In this document: piece by piece, positions 1 through 12,898 of the stretch | How positions within the stretch are numbered: position 1 is the stretch's first letter | How the letters are laid out: each line of letters opens with the position of its first letter | NCBI GenBank assembly: GCA_030770535.1 | Contig: JASVEC010000001.1 | Location: forward strand, 1,922,001 to 1,986,000 | Source of the DNA: Batkoa obscura | Taxonomy: Eukaryota | Reading direction: 5' to 3' | DNA: 64,000 nucleotides | The notes under the pieces: model-generated | Seen by the model: the letters and a program-made list of their open reading frames with translations, nothing else | Told to the model about the DNA's origin: nothing | The model's database searches: none | Program-made: the position numbers and the translations under genes

Positions 1-378
1 GGATCATCCTTAGCGGATATCAACCTAAACGTTAAATTTCAATTTTTTTAAATCATAGCTAATTACTTACTGGTTAAACTTTTTAAGTATTGCTGCCTCT
101 CTTTCTTCTTCATCTTCAAACAGAGCTTGATAAACATAATCTGGTACCTAAATCATTAATCTCAATCCATTATTCATTAAAATTTATTCTCTATTTACTT
201 TAATTAAGTGCACCTCTTGCTCAACATTTGTCATATCAAGCTCTTCATCCATCAAATCATCTTTTAATGTACCATCTTCTCTTACATCGTCGCTTATAAG
301 ATGATCCAAATACATATCGTTATTATTGTCGCCCCCTTCAAACACTTCATCATGCTCGTAATCAAACTCGTCACTCAT
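1..378 (-). CDS. 5' part of a spliced gene, possibly transcription factor TFIIF beta subunit (Tfg2-like); runs off the window start
   Basis: ATG at 378; acidic N-terminus, then spliced ELDMTNVEQEVHLIK^VPDYVYQAL, resembling the LDL..VWLVKVP motif of TFIIF beta; GT-AG introns. Confidence 0.45.
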
Positions 379-992
379 TTTGGTTTGTTAAAAGCGAACT
401 AAAATTTTGAAGGTTGCTTTTTTAAATAATTTGAAACTTAATTTTATATAACAAATGCTGCAACTCATTTTGCAAAAAAGGCAAAGGGTAAAAAAAAAAG
501 ATGATGTGAATATCTGTTGGATGAAATACGTGGTGTTTTTGTTTAAATAAATATATTCTATCATATTTTTATTGTAGATTTTGTGATTTTATGATATGTT
601 TATGCTTTTGAGGCCTTTTATAGTATTTCTAATAATAGTTTTAAATGCTGATAACCTCAAATTAAACTTATGTTTTATATCAGCATCTATTAATACTATT
701 ATATAAGATGTTTATTACTTGGATAAATAGATACAAGTATTGCTAAAATTGATAAAATACCTTAAAATCAAGAATAATATATAATTAATATTAATAAAAC
801 ATTATTCCAATAATAGTCATTTACTTCTATCATAATCATAGGAGAATATAAATGCAGTTAAGTATCAAGCACTTTAACTAAAAAAATAAGCTCAAATTCA
901 ACCAATAAAAAATTAATAGAGAGAGTGAGATCATCTACTATTAGGGCTTAAACCAAATTTGATTTTCTTTATTTTTTAAATTTATAATAATA

Positions 993-2478
993 ATGACGAT
1001 AAAATATAGTGATTTGTAACTCTATTTCAACTAATAGCAACATTAACTTACTAGTAATTTAGCGAAGAACAAACAAAATTTACAATTGGCTTGCCAAAGG
1101 TTTTTGAACAGAGTCTGACAATACAACACTGGTAATCTATTTTAGTGGCTGAAGCTTAGTTTCTAACTTTTATAGGCAACTAAGAGATTTGATATCATGC
1201 CCAGGTGATGAAAACGAGATATATTATGTCAACCATTATTCCGTACTAAAATATAACTGTAAAACACATATTGTAAGAGAACTTCAATTTATTTACAACT
1301 TAATTAACTTAAGTTTAGACCACTCCAGTTCTTAAATATCTTACATTCGAGCCAGCTTCAATTACTATAGGGTAAAAAGGCCAAATAATTCAATCATTTT
1401 TCTGATATTTTTATAATAGAAAAGGCTACCTTGCCGTTGGCGGCCAACGCGCTCAACTCACTTTAAGGCATTTAAGAACGAACTGGTAATTATTTTTTAC
1501 TTGTTTATGTTATGTTAACTAACCAGATCTGAAGGTCTGTATATACCTCCGTCAGTGGTTCAATCAATAATTCATTATCTATTTATGATCACTATGGAAA
1601 AACGAGATTATTGGTTTGTAACAATGACGAATCAATAAAGATTTATTCACTACCTGATTTTGTTAAAGTGGAATGCCTTAGATTTCCTACAGCTGTTAAT
1701 CATGGTAAGGATTAAGTCGAAATTTCTAGAAACCGTTAGTAAATCGCTTTATTTAGCTTCTGTAAGCCCTGATGGAACGAAATTGGTTGCAGTTGGGGAT
1801 ACAAACGAAATATTTTTGTATAATATTCGCGGAGATGATTATCAACTTATGCATGTTTTACAAGGTATGTTATATTTGATAAACCGCTTTTATCGTTAAT
1901 TGGAATTTAATCAGGTTCAAATGATTCCGGCTTTTCATGCGCATGGAAAAACTCCAGTGAAGTGTTTGCGTCTGCTTTTCAAGATGGATTTGTTCATGTG
2001 TGGGACTTAAGGTCAACAAAATCAATTGCTAAATTTTGTAGCAAACAGGTAACTCATCTTTACTGCTTTATTTGGTACAAATTTATTTATACTATTAGTC
2101 CCCTTCTAAAGGTGCTGCAAGATGTGTTAAATTTTCTACCACTGGTTCAATTGATTTGATGGCTTTTAGTGAGGTATTAATTTTTGTTCTGGTGTATATT
2201 AAAAAGTAAATCTTATGTTTAGCATATGTCATATTTCAATATTGTAGATGCACGTACATTCAACTCACACGAAGTTGTTCGAGTAGCACCTGAAGGTTAT
2301 GATCTAAATATTGCAGGACTTTGTTTTTCACCCAGTTCTAAATCAATTTTCATTGGTAATTTGAATATATTATTTGTTGTTTGTAGTTGTTTATTTATTA
2401 GGACTTGAAAATTCGATCCAGCAATATGATATTGATACTAGGTCCAGAAGATCATTCTCAGATTGTAGTTTTAACTAG
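993..2478 (+). CDS. WD40-repeat protein, DUF2415 family (multi-exon)
   Basis: Spliced translation MTIKYSDF...TIQHWQLRDL...GYLAVGG...LLVCNNDESIKIYS...ASVSPDGTKLVAVGD...FQDGFVHVWDLRS...FSEHMSYFNIVDARTF...DTRSRRSFSDCSFN*; canonical introns. Confidence 0.85.
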
Positions 2479-3085
2479 CTAACAATGTACACTGTCTCTT
2501 ATTTATCTTGTAATACGTAATGCTCGTTATATTTTTTGGCCATCTATTCTTTTCTCAATCTCTGCTTTATGGTGTAAGATTTATTTAAACTTATTTTTAT
2601 GCTTTTAATTATATTTTTACAATTTTCTACATTTTTTACTTTTATTTTCTGTAATTTTATTTGATCATTAATACTTTGGGTTATTTTAGTTTTGTATAAA
2701 TTATAGCTTAATATATATATTAATACATCTACTCTATTATCTCTTAAAACAGCTTTTTACTTTTAAGTTATATCGATTTTACATAGCACTGAAAATAACA
2801 ATATTCCAAAGCTAATTTTAGTCTGCTTCAAGCTATAAAATATCAGTTATTACAACATAATAAGTATGCTTATATGCAAAACTTTATGTACACGTTATCT
2901 AACACAAAGAACTTCCTTTCTCCAAAATGACTTATGTTTTCTTAATACTTGATAATCAATTTTTATTATGGAAGCTAAAGCCAAGTAAAATGATTTACCT
3001 ATTTTACCAGCTTAAATAAAGGGCAAATTTCATAGGGATAAAAATAGCTCAAACATCCATAAAAGTAGTGTGAAATCATCCAGAT

Positions 3086-5541
3086 TTAATCATCTTCTGA
3101 AGCTTCTTCTTTAAAAGGATCAAGCTCTTTAAAAGCGTCTAAAAACTCCTTTTTCATTTTTTCTTCCTCTTCGCTTGAATAGACACACTTGCGCCAATCT
3201 CCTCTCTCCGGAATTTTTAGTAATTGGGCCATCACATGTCTAAATAAAAAAGTGAGCATATAATAAATACCGATACAACATGAATCTTACCTTGCGAACT
3301 GAAGATTAAGTCTAGCCCCTCTTGGGATAAGACAGCCTAATAGCTTCTTGTCCGCTAATTCAATAGATAGATATGGTGTTTCTACACTTGGCTAGTGGGA
3401 TAAATTAAAATAAGAAAGATAATGCTGATATAAGATTACTTTAAAATCCTCAACCAAGCTAAATCCATCTTGGTTAAAATGATCTATAAATGCCTGCTGC
3501 AACGAAGACTCGAGGTCATTTGGTACTGGAATGACCTAAATAAATAATAAATAAACTAAAAAAATGAAATAAAAGTTATTACTTGAATATGAACATGCGT
3601 ATTAGTAAATGGGCGATTGATCTCAAAGAAGATTGGAGAACAATTATATGCATTAAAATGACTTTTCAATGCTGACTTGTACTCATCGAGTTCCTTCTTA
3701 AAGCTTTTGTTATTTAGCTGTGCCTTTTGTAAGTTCGTTTCATGCTCAATAGGTAATAAAAGAAGGTTGCCGCCGCCTGGAATGATACAATCTTTTGAAA
3801 ATGGATCAATCAAACTCCCTTTAGCTATTGAACTATAAAACTCTGTACCAATAGAGACGATCAATTCTTTGCTTATATTTTCGTTAGCTACACAGAACCA
3901 GCATTGGCTTGTATCCCTGCCTATTAACAAAAATTATTAAATTAAGCAACTCATTATTAATTGAATATTACTGCTGGCATTCTTAGCACCATTGGTACAA
4001 TTTTTAATATAATGTCCAGGGATATTGCAGATTTTACAAATGTAACCTTCTGGTGGAATATCATCTATAACAAAATTTAACCTTATTTGATAAAACTTAT
4101 TAAATTTTTGATTACCTTTTGCAGTATTTCCAGCATTAGGACAATCCCTTACCAGATGACCTGGTTGTTTACATTTCTTACAAATATAATTGGGCGGCAG
4201 ATTGGCTTTTTTATTTGGTGGAACATTTTGACCAAAGAAGAATGAAGAAGGTTCCAACTAAATAAATCGTTAACAACAATTACAAAACGACAATTACAGT
4301 CAACAAAATGGCTATCAATGGTAATAAAATTGTCAATAACAACAAAAGTATCACCAATAGCAATAAGCTTATTGTTTAAATATTAGTTACCATTTCTGAG
4401 CTTCTTTTACTTCCGTTTTCTGAGCTAAACGGATTTTCTGTAGTTTTCGATGGCAATGTTTCATTCGTATAAGTTGCTTTTCCCGTATGGAGGTTAAACG
4501 CATAGATATTCTATTAATTTGAAAAATAAATCAACTCTATAAAATATAATCAAAAAAATTTACCTTCTTAGCTTTTGAATTATTAAAGTAATTCAATGAA
4601 ATGATTCTAGTAGCTAAAAACTCGCTACTATTAATCTTAGTAAGATAAGGCTCTCTTTCAAAGTAAATATCACCGTTTAAAATAAAATGATATTTAGGCT
4701 GATAATACTGCACTAACTTAGTTACTGTTGTGTTATAATTAACCTTTGTATTCATTAGCTCTGCTCCCTTCTCTGAGTATTTTTCGAGCCCTAAAGGCCA
4801 CTCGTTCGTTAATAATACATCAATGTAATCTTTCTTGGCTTCAGAAGTTAGCTCATTGATCTCTTTATCGCAATACTCATGGTGATTGCTTTCTATATTT
4901 TTAATAGCCTTTGTTTAAAAGTATTAGCAACTATTGTCTCTATTTCAACTATATCTCTTACTGTTTCTTCCTTATAACTTCCACTTAAAAACCCAATCTT
5001 AACTCCACTTATTGTATTCACAACTCCTTTTTTTCCTGAAATAAAAAATTAAATTTTGTTCATCTTCATAAATTAATCCTTACCCAAAAAAGTAAAGTTA
5101 TTACAAACAGTATATTTATTATCAAAAAAGCGCTCTTGAAATTTAGCCGGGAATGGCTGTTCAGTTCCAATGAAATAAGTTGGTACCGGGACTAAAGGAA
5201 TAAACCAGCATTTAGTACACTGCTTGATAACTTGTGACCTTTTACAATCCCTTCACATCTTTAGTTATATTTTAAAAAACTTAGACTTACAATTAAATTC
5301 TCCAGCAATCAACTTTTCAGCTATTATATCGCTTCCCTCTTTGTCTTTATCATCGAAAAGTGCGCCAGTAATTAAAAATAAATCAAATGGGCCACTCTTA
5401 CTGGACTCTAATGCTTTCATTTTTTCCGCCAGTTTTTCAAAGGATCCATTGATGCTTCCAAAACATATACTATTCTTAGTGTTAGTTGGCTCGTGTTGGG
5501 TTTGGTGTTAATATGATTTACATCTTTTTTTTCTCAGCCAT
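3086..5541 (-). CDS. CWF19L1: CWF19-like protein 1 (debranching-associated; phosphatase-like N-terminus, two CCHC zinc knuckles, CwfJ C-terminal domains)
   Basis: GPFDLFLITGALF, VPTYFIG, IDVLLTNEWP, PKYHF...YFEREPY, CKKCKQPGHLVRDC, CWFCVAN...LIVSIGTEFYSSIAKG, HVHIQV, FNLQFARHVMAQLL, ending FDPFKEEASEDD*. Confidence 0.9.
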
Positions 5542-5978
5542 TTTATAAAGAAAGGTAAAAAGATTTGATATATTTTTTGATTTTGTTTTGAGCTTTTTTT
5601 GATTTGATAGAATTTTAAATGGAAATTTAAATAATTATGTATGAATTTTTAGCTATCTTTTCATTGGCACTATCTATTTTATTTGGCATTATGATTTTAA
5701 CCATAACATTACCTGCTACCAAATATTAATTCTAAGTTAGTATACCCAAATACTAAAAGTCATGAAACAAACTAAAGTTGTTAAATTATCTACTAGTAAG
5801 TTTTTTGCTTGTTTTTTTTATTTTTGAATTTCAATTTTTTACAAAATAAATTTTTCCCTCAAGTATCATTTAATTGGCTTCCCCGAGCTTTGAGCTCTAG
5901 CCAATTAAACGCATTTTATTGGAGCGAAATTGGTTAAGCAATCCCACAACTGAAACGCTAACATAAGTTCTCTCGCGG

Positions 5979-5986
5979 TATAAAAA
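5979..5986 (+). promoter_or_regulatory. TATA box upstream of U2 snRNA
   Basis: TATAAAAA about 30-38 nt before the inferred U2 5' end. Confidence 0.5.
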
Positions 5987-6016
5987 TGCAGCTACTTTCA
6001 TTGATTGATCTTTACA

Positions 6017-6205
6017 ATCCTCTCAAGCCTTTTGGCTAAGATCAAGTGTAGTATCTGTTCTTTTCAGTTTAATAACTGAAATTAAGTCTACGGACTTAAA
6101 TGTTATTAACTCAATCTTTGGTTTTCGGAGAAAGCATTGGGCTTGCTCAATGCCTCTCCACAGGTTTCCCTTGTATTGCACTACCGCAGGGTGAAGCCGA
6201 ACTCT
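6017..6205 (+). ncRNA. U2: U2 spliceosomal snRNA
   Basis: Diagnostic GCCTTTTGGCTAAGATCAAGTGTAGTATCTGTTCTT (branch-site pairing GTAGTA), stem IIa TTCAGTTTAATAACTGAA, Sm-like AATCTTTGG, stem III, and stem-loop IV with ATTGCACTA loop. Confidence 0.96.
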
Positions 6206-7111
6206 CATAATAATACAAAATTAAAATACTGAATGAATCTTTGTATGTAGAGATAGCTCTTAATAAATTACAAATTAAGGATTGTTAATTTTGATCTCAA
6301 AAAACTATGTTGTATCAAAAAAGCTTCAAATTTATAGCTTATGCTAGAAATTATATTAAAATGGCATTTTTGATATATTCAAATGTTTTTTTTAAAATTC
6401 ACTCATTTAGTAGCTTTCTATTTAAAGGAATAAGTGTAGGTTGCTTTAATATGATTTCTTTGAAAAATAGTTTTGCTACAATTAATTAAAAGGCTTTAAA
6501 AAAAAACTCAAAAATTCCTTAATTCCATTTATCTGAAATATAACTAAATTTTAATAAATAGAATCATTGAGACTGGAACAAATATTTTGTTTTCAATTAT
6601 GAACCAAGTTAATATACTTAAAACTATTAGCAAAGCTATTTATTATTCTAACAACTACTTACAAAAATTGAGAAGGGAGCAGCGAATCTTGGTGATAAGT
6701 CCTCATATTACAATAACTGATAAACCCACATCCCTCAACCTCCTAACAAGCCGTTAACACCTCCATTTATGACGTCACTAAATAGATGAAAAGAAGAACA
6801 ATCCTAAAGCCAAACTAGACTCAGTTCAAAGCCCAAAAACATTTACTCTAAACACTAAGCGCCTTAAATGCAAGTTCAAAATGATATTCCAAACTCCCAG
6901 CTTTGAAACAACCACTAAGACAAAAAAAAATAGAAAAGTCTAAAAATCATCCTTAAGTGATTCAATGATGAGTAAACCAACAATTTGGAAACTTCAAAAT
7001 TCTAAATAGAAATTAAGTGTTTGCTAGTTTTAAAAGTATAAAAAGAGACAATGATAATTTATAATTTTAATAACTTTGTAATTTTAGTAGCTTTATAATT
7101 TTTAAAGTAGA

Positions 7112-7849
7112 ATGGGAAAACAGAATAGTAAATTGACTCCAGATCAAGCAGCCGAGCTACAAAAAATAACTTATTGTAAACATTTACCATCCATAATAAA
7201 TAGAAATTTAATAATTTAACTCATTCATTTAATATAGTTGATAAAAAAGAGCTACAGCAATGGTAACGTTTAATAAAGTATAAATTCACAACTTCAGACC
7301 TTGACATACTTTTTAGATACAAAGGATTTATCCAAGAGTGTCCCAGCGGGCAACTGGACCGGACCGAATTCTTAAAGATTTATAAACAGTTTTTTCCCTT
7401 TGGCGATGCAACTGAGTTTGCTACATACTCATTTGACGTGTTTGATGTGAATAAAAATGGAGCGATTGACTTTAAAGAATTTATATGCGCATTATCCATC
7501 ACCACCCGTGGTAACCCAGATGAAAAGTTAGAGTGTAAGTGCTTGATTTTATACCTTTAAGGTGAATATAATTTATCTTTTAGGGGCTTTTCAACTATAT
7601 GACATTGATAAAGATGGGTACATAACCAGGGATGAGATGCTTCAAATAGTCAACGCGATCTATAAGATGGTGGGGAGTATGGTACATTTACCAGAGGATG
7701 AAGCTACCCCAACGATGCGAGTGGATAAGATATTTTCAATGATGGATAAAAATCATGACGATAAGTTAAACTTTAATGAGTTTAAGGAAGGGGCTCAAAA
7801 AGATCAAGAAATACTTAAAGCTTTAAATATTTATGATGGTTTAATATAA
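7112..7849 (+). CDS. FRQ1: Frequenin / neuronal calcium sensor-1 (EF-hand, N-myristoylated), 4 exons; contains a splice-generated in-frame TGA
   Basis: MGKQNSKL myristoylation motif; FDKKELQQ[TG^A][19 protein letters not shown]-hands [39 protein letters not shown]. Confidence 0.9.
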
Positions 7850-8042
7850 CTCTCAATTTCTAACTTTAATATTAATAAATTTTTAACAAATCTTAGATAT
7901 TTAAAAATTAAATAGTAGCTGATTTTAAAGAATTCAGAATTTGTGGACTAAGTATAAAATTAACAACATAGAAATAATATAAATTAACTTATGCTTTTTA
8001 ATTTGATTTACGTTTAACAATGTTAAAATAATGAGCTAAATC

Positions 8043-11000
8043 TTATAGATAGATAGTCTTGACGTCATTAGCACCAAAAGATTCATTACAAGTTGGACAC
8101 TTACGTTGTCTAGTTTCTAACCTAGAGTCAATACATTGTTTACAAAATACATGCATACAGCGTACAAGAACATGACTTTTAAATCTCATATCACAGGTTG
8201 GGCAAGTCATCAATGACTAAAAAAAGTTTAGATTTAAAAAAGTCAGGTTATTATTGGTTACCCTATATTGTTTTAAAGTTTCCTTTAAATCCTCGCTCTC
8301 ATCTTTTGAAGTTCTAGAACTTAATGCTTTCAATTTTCCTTTCAATACTGTCACTTCGTCATTTAAGCGATTCTTTGAATTGATTTCTTCTTCCAATAAA
8401 TGGGTTTTTTTATGAACAACAGATTCAAGCTAACACTGTAAGTAATCTCTTTTTATTACTAATAATATATTGTACCTCTGAAATTTTTTCAAGTATATTC
8501 ATTCTTTGATCTTTAAATTCATGATTAAGTCGTGAAAGGGACTTTAATCTCTCTTCCATATGGTCTCTGGCTTCACTGTTAATGTTGATTTCCCGTTCCA
8601 TTGTTTTCTAAATTTTATTAGATAAATTCAAAAATATCAAAATTTGCTAACCAATTGGAAAGTCAAAGCTTTAGATTGATCTTCTAATTTACGTATATAT
8701 TCTTTTAATTTCTCCGTTTGATTCTTTAGTGTAGAGGTTAAATAGTTGAAATTTTCATTATCCTTGGAAATTCTAGTAAATCGAACCTCAAGTTTGGCTT
8801 TCTGAAATTGATTTAGCCTTGCCTTTTTTTAATAATAAATTTAAAGTACCTCTTCATTGGCAAATATTATCTGATCTTCTTTATTCCTTAAAAGAGTCAT
8901 TTTACTAAGATGGGATGTATTGAGTTCATATATAGAATTCTTAAGAAGATCAACTTCTTTTTGCGCTTTAGCTTCACCCTAATCGGTTTTAGTACATAAT
9001 TGCTAAATATGTAGATTAGTTTACTTCTTCGAGAGTGGCCTGCAACCTTATTGATTCTTCGACCTTCTCTTTAAGCTCTAGAACCTCGGCAGCTAAAGCT
9101 TCTTTTTCTTTCCCTTCAATAAGACTAAGCTTTTCTGTAAGTCTAGAATTTTCCTTATTTAAATTAAAAACTTTATCCACCAAACCTTTATTTTGTTTAA
9201 AAAACTGTAATTAAATTAATTGTATGTCATTTTTATAAAAAAAATTATGATTACTTCGTCCGTATCATGACTGTCATTTAATGTTTTCATTAGAGCATTA
9301 AACTTTTCCTTTAGATCCTTGTTCTCATTTTGAAGCTCACTAAAGTGTGTCAGTTATTTTATATCAAATAGTATAAAGTTATACATGATTGTAGAATATG
9401 GATCAATAATGTTTAGTACTTCTGGATTCCTTTCTATGTATTCTATAGCCTCCTTATCTTTTTTGTAATAACTTAACACTTTCCTAAATCTCTGGTTCTC
9501 TGATTTGAGCTGTTGTATAAGAAGCTAAAACAGGTTATTATAACTAAATCAATATATTTAAACAATATTACTCCATGTGATGTAACTAAAGTTCTTAACT
9601 CGGATTTTTCTTTAAGATCAATATTTTCGCGATTTTGAACTCGATTGAGCTCAGCTAATAAATGGTCCCTATGTGATTTAAATTTGCTTACATCTGCTAC
9701 AACTTTCTTAAGCTCCTTTTCAATTGTTTCTTGACGGATTTTTTCTTCATGCTGATTAAATAAATTAGTAAGGATTTCTAATTAATCAACTATAGTTACC
9801 AAATAGCGTTCCAAGGATTCGGACTTTTCTTGTAAAAGAAGATCGATTTCTGCTTTTAAAGCGTTGTTTCTTTTAAATTGATTTTCAAGTTCATGTTCAA
9901 AATGGTTTGCTTGTATAACCGCATCTTTGTATACATAGCTCGCACGAATAGCTTCTTCAGGCACATCATGTGACTATAATTGTTTAAAATAAAATATAAA
10001 AATACTAACCACTTACTTTAGTTCTGGCTACATCAAGCTGTGAAGATAATTCTGCCTTTTCTTCTCTTAATTGTTTGATCTCTTTTCCATACTTTTCTTT
10101 TAAATCTTCGAGGACCTTGTCATTAAGAAGACTGACAACTTCTGGTTTCTAGAAACAAATGATAAGTAAGTTACTTGATTTCTAAATATAGTACTACTTC
10201 GGTTTCTTTTTCGCTAGTTTCAGCGTCCTTTGGCTTCTTACTTAATTCCATTCGAAGTCGGTCAACACTCTTTTCCAATGATTTCAATTTATCAGTCATT
10301 TCTTCAATTTTCTCATCTTTACTTAAAATTTCTTGCTTGTCACTTTTTTTCTCTGATTGTAAAAACCGAACCTAACAAATCAATACAAAAATACTTTAGT
10401 TTATAAGCAAACTAATACCTGTTCCTTAAGTTTATCAACTTCATTCAATTCTTTGGATGAACTTGATAAATCTCCAATGCCATTTAATAATTTAATTTGA
10501 CTTTCCAAAAAAAGTTTAATTGAAGCAGTTTTATCTTGATTATCTAATTTTTTTTAGAGTGTATGCTTTAAAATTAACTAATTTACCTTTTGAGTTATTA
10601 ATTTTATTATTCAAATCTCGGCTGTTTTTATGTAAATTTTTGAGTAAGTTCTTAATATGACAAAACAGATTAACAGTTGAGTTTCGTTGCGATCCGAGCT
10701 TCCTTTTAAAGTCATTAATTTCAATTTGGTTATCAAGGATTTGACCCAAAAGTTCAAGTGAATCTAGCAAAATTTGTTAGTTTAGTTTTGTGTCTATTTT
10801 TCAATTAATACCAAATCTATTTATTCCCTCAGAAACTCCAAGTTCTTCAAATAAGCTCTCAAGTTGGTCATAAATCTACTTTTATTAATTCTTTTATAAA
10901 AACAAACATTTAAATAATCCATACCAATTGAAGTTCTGATAAAACAACACCAACTTGCTCTTCCCTAGCTTCGCGACGGGCAAGGTTATCTTTACCTTGA

Positions 11001-11214
11001 GCCTCTAATCTGCTAACATCCCTTTTATATTCCAAAAGTTGTCGATAAATAGCTTCTTTTTGGAACTCTTCGATTTTTACCTTTAAATTAATAAGTAATA
11101 GCTATTAGCCAAGTATATTGGAAAAACCTCTAAACTGCTCGGATCGTAAAATTTTCGGGGCTCTTTACTTGAATGCCGCCTTATTTTCTTGACTGGTGGG
11201 GGCGAGTTGCTCAT
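8043..11214 (-). CDS. BRE1: E3 ubiquitin ligase BRE1 (histone H2B monoubiquitination), many exons
   Basis: N-terminal FQKEAIYRQLLEYKR, long coiled coil, C-terminal RING CPTCDMRFKSHVLVRCMHVFCKQCIDSRLETRQRKCPTCNESFGANDV. Confidence 0.93.
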
Positions 11215-11599
11215 ACTTGGATTTTTTATGAACAAAAACAATTTATTTGACAAGTTAGATAGCAAACATGCATATTTTGCTTAAGCGTTGATAGAAATCA
11301 ATCTGATTGGACAGTTGATAGATTTAGAAAATCTTGCTAAAAAAAGGTTTGTTTTCGTTTGTTTTCTAATTATGAAACAAAAGTCAATACCAAAGTAATG
11401 GGAACTTTTATAAATTTAGCTAATATTTTTGATTTACATGTCTATATAATTTATTGTTAGTAAAAGCTTTTATAACAACTTGCAATTTGATTTTGTAAAT
11501 TTGTCATTTTTTGAATTTATATTTCATTGGCTGATAGTTTTAAAAACTAAAAAGCTTACTTTAGCAAAATAAAATATTTTTTGATGTTATAATTTTAAA

Positions 11600-12898
11600 A
11601 TGAAAATAAATTTATTACCAGTCAGTATATTAATAGAAATATTCAAGTATTTCGATCCAGTTCAAAAGATTCAGTATCAAATAGTTTGTAAACTGTGGAA
11701 CCAACTACTAAAAGAGGTTTATTTTTATCAGGTTTTAACAATAGACAACAACAATTTGAGTTATTGTCGAAAGTATAGCCATTTAGTACAACATGTGGTT
11801 TATTATGAAGAATATTTAAAAGATATTAAGGAGTTTAGGAATTTGAACGGTTTAGTTATAATGCATGAGAAAATGATTGAGGGAAAGCAAGAGTTTATAT
11901 CATTGATTGGCCACTTTAAGTATTTGAAAATGTTGACTTTTTATAATTTTGATTTCAGCTTATATAATAAGGGTGATAAAGAATTAACTGATGTTTTTAA
12001 TAAGTTGAAATATATCACTGTTCAGGGTAATAATGATAAAGAATCAGTTAACAATATTGAAACGATGTTATCTCAAATGGACTATTTTAATTTAAAAGAA
12101 TTAAACATGATTCGAGTTAAAAATGAAGTGAATAGTAATATAATCGAAATGATAAGTAAAAAATTTATCAATTTAAAAAAATTGAACATTTATAATAATG
12201 AACGTGTGAATAATGAGTTGTTTTTAACTAACATTACTAATGGCAGGTTTTTACAATTAAAAGCATTTAGTTTAAGTTTTAATTGGAGTAACAATTTTAA
12301 TCAATTTAAATTATCAAAGCACAATTTTAACAATTTAAATAGTTTAGCTATTATTGTTTTTAACAATTATGATTATTTTCCACAGCATCTATTTAAATCA
12401 GACGAAATATGGTATAACTTAAGCGAGCTGTCAATTGATTTATTAACTCAAGTAAATTACCAACAATTCCCAAACTTAGCCAAGTTGACTCTTCAAGTTG
12501 TCGACTTTACTCATTATCAAAATCAAGAGATTGAACCAAATTTATTAAATATTTTTACACATTTAAAAAGATTAAAACATTTCAAGTGTGTTCATTACTT
12601 TTCATTGAAACAATTTACTCATCTATTCACTAAATTTAATATTAATCATATTGAAATTGGACTAGCTGACTCACCTTTTAATTTGGATTTTTTGAACTTT
12701 TTAAATATGCAAGTTAATCTTACCCAGTTAACTATTCGTACTAATATGAGTAATATATATAATAATGATACAATTAGTAATATTTTCAATTTGGAGTTAA
12801 CAGATTTTAAATTAAACAATTTGCTAAAACTTGAGTGCCCAAGGATGCCTAATTTTTCGGCCTTTATCTCTTTATATGCTCCAAATTTATTAAGTTAA
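11600..12898 (+). CDS. F-box protein with LRR-like repeats, intronless
   Basis: 432 aa ORF with N-terminal F-box LLPVSILIEIFKYF...VCKLW followed by LxxLxL repeats. Confidence 0.8.
   Translation: MKINLLPVSILIEIFKYFDPVQKIQYQIVCKLWNQLLKEVYFYQVLTIDNNNLSYCRKYSHLVQHVVYYEEYLKDIKEFRNLNGLVIMHEKMIEGKQEFISLIGHFKYLKMLTFYNFDFSLYNKGDKELTDVFNKLKYITVQGNNDKESVNNIETMLSQMDYFNLKELNMIRVKNEVNSNIIEMISKKFINLKKLNIYNNERVNNELFLTNITNGRFLQLKAFSLSFNWSNNFNQFKLSKHNFNNLNSLAIIVFNNYDYFPQHLFKSDEIWYNLSELSIDLLTQVNYQQFPNLAKLTLQVVDFTHYQNQEIEPNLLNIFTHLKRLKHFKCVHYFSLKQFTHLFTKFNINHIEIGLADSPFNLDFLNFLNMQVNLTQLTIRTNMSNIYNNDTISNIFNLELTDFKLNNLLKLECPRMPNFSAFISLYAPNLLS

Noticed and set aside
6023..6208. 61 aa minus-strand ORF
   Set aside because: Antisense to the U2 snRNA; no protein features.
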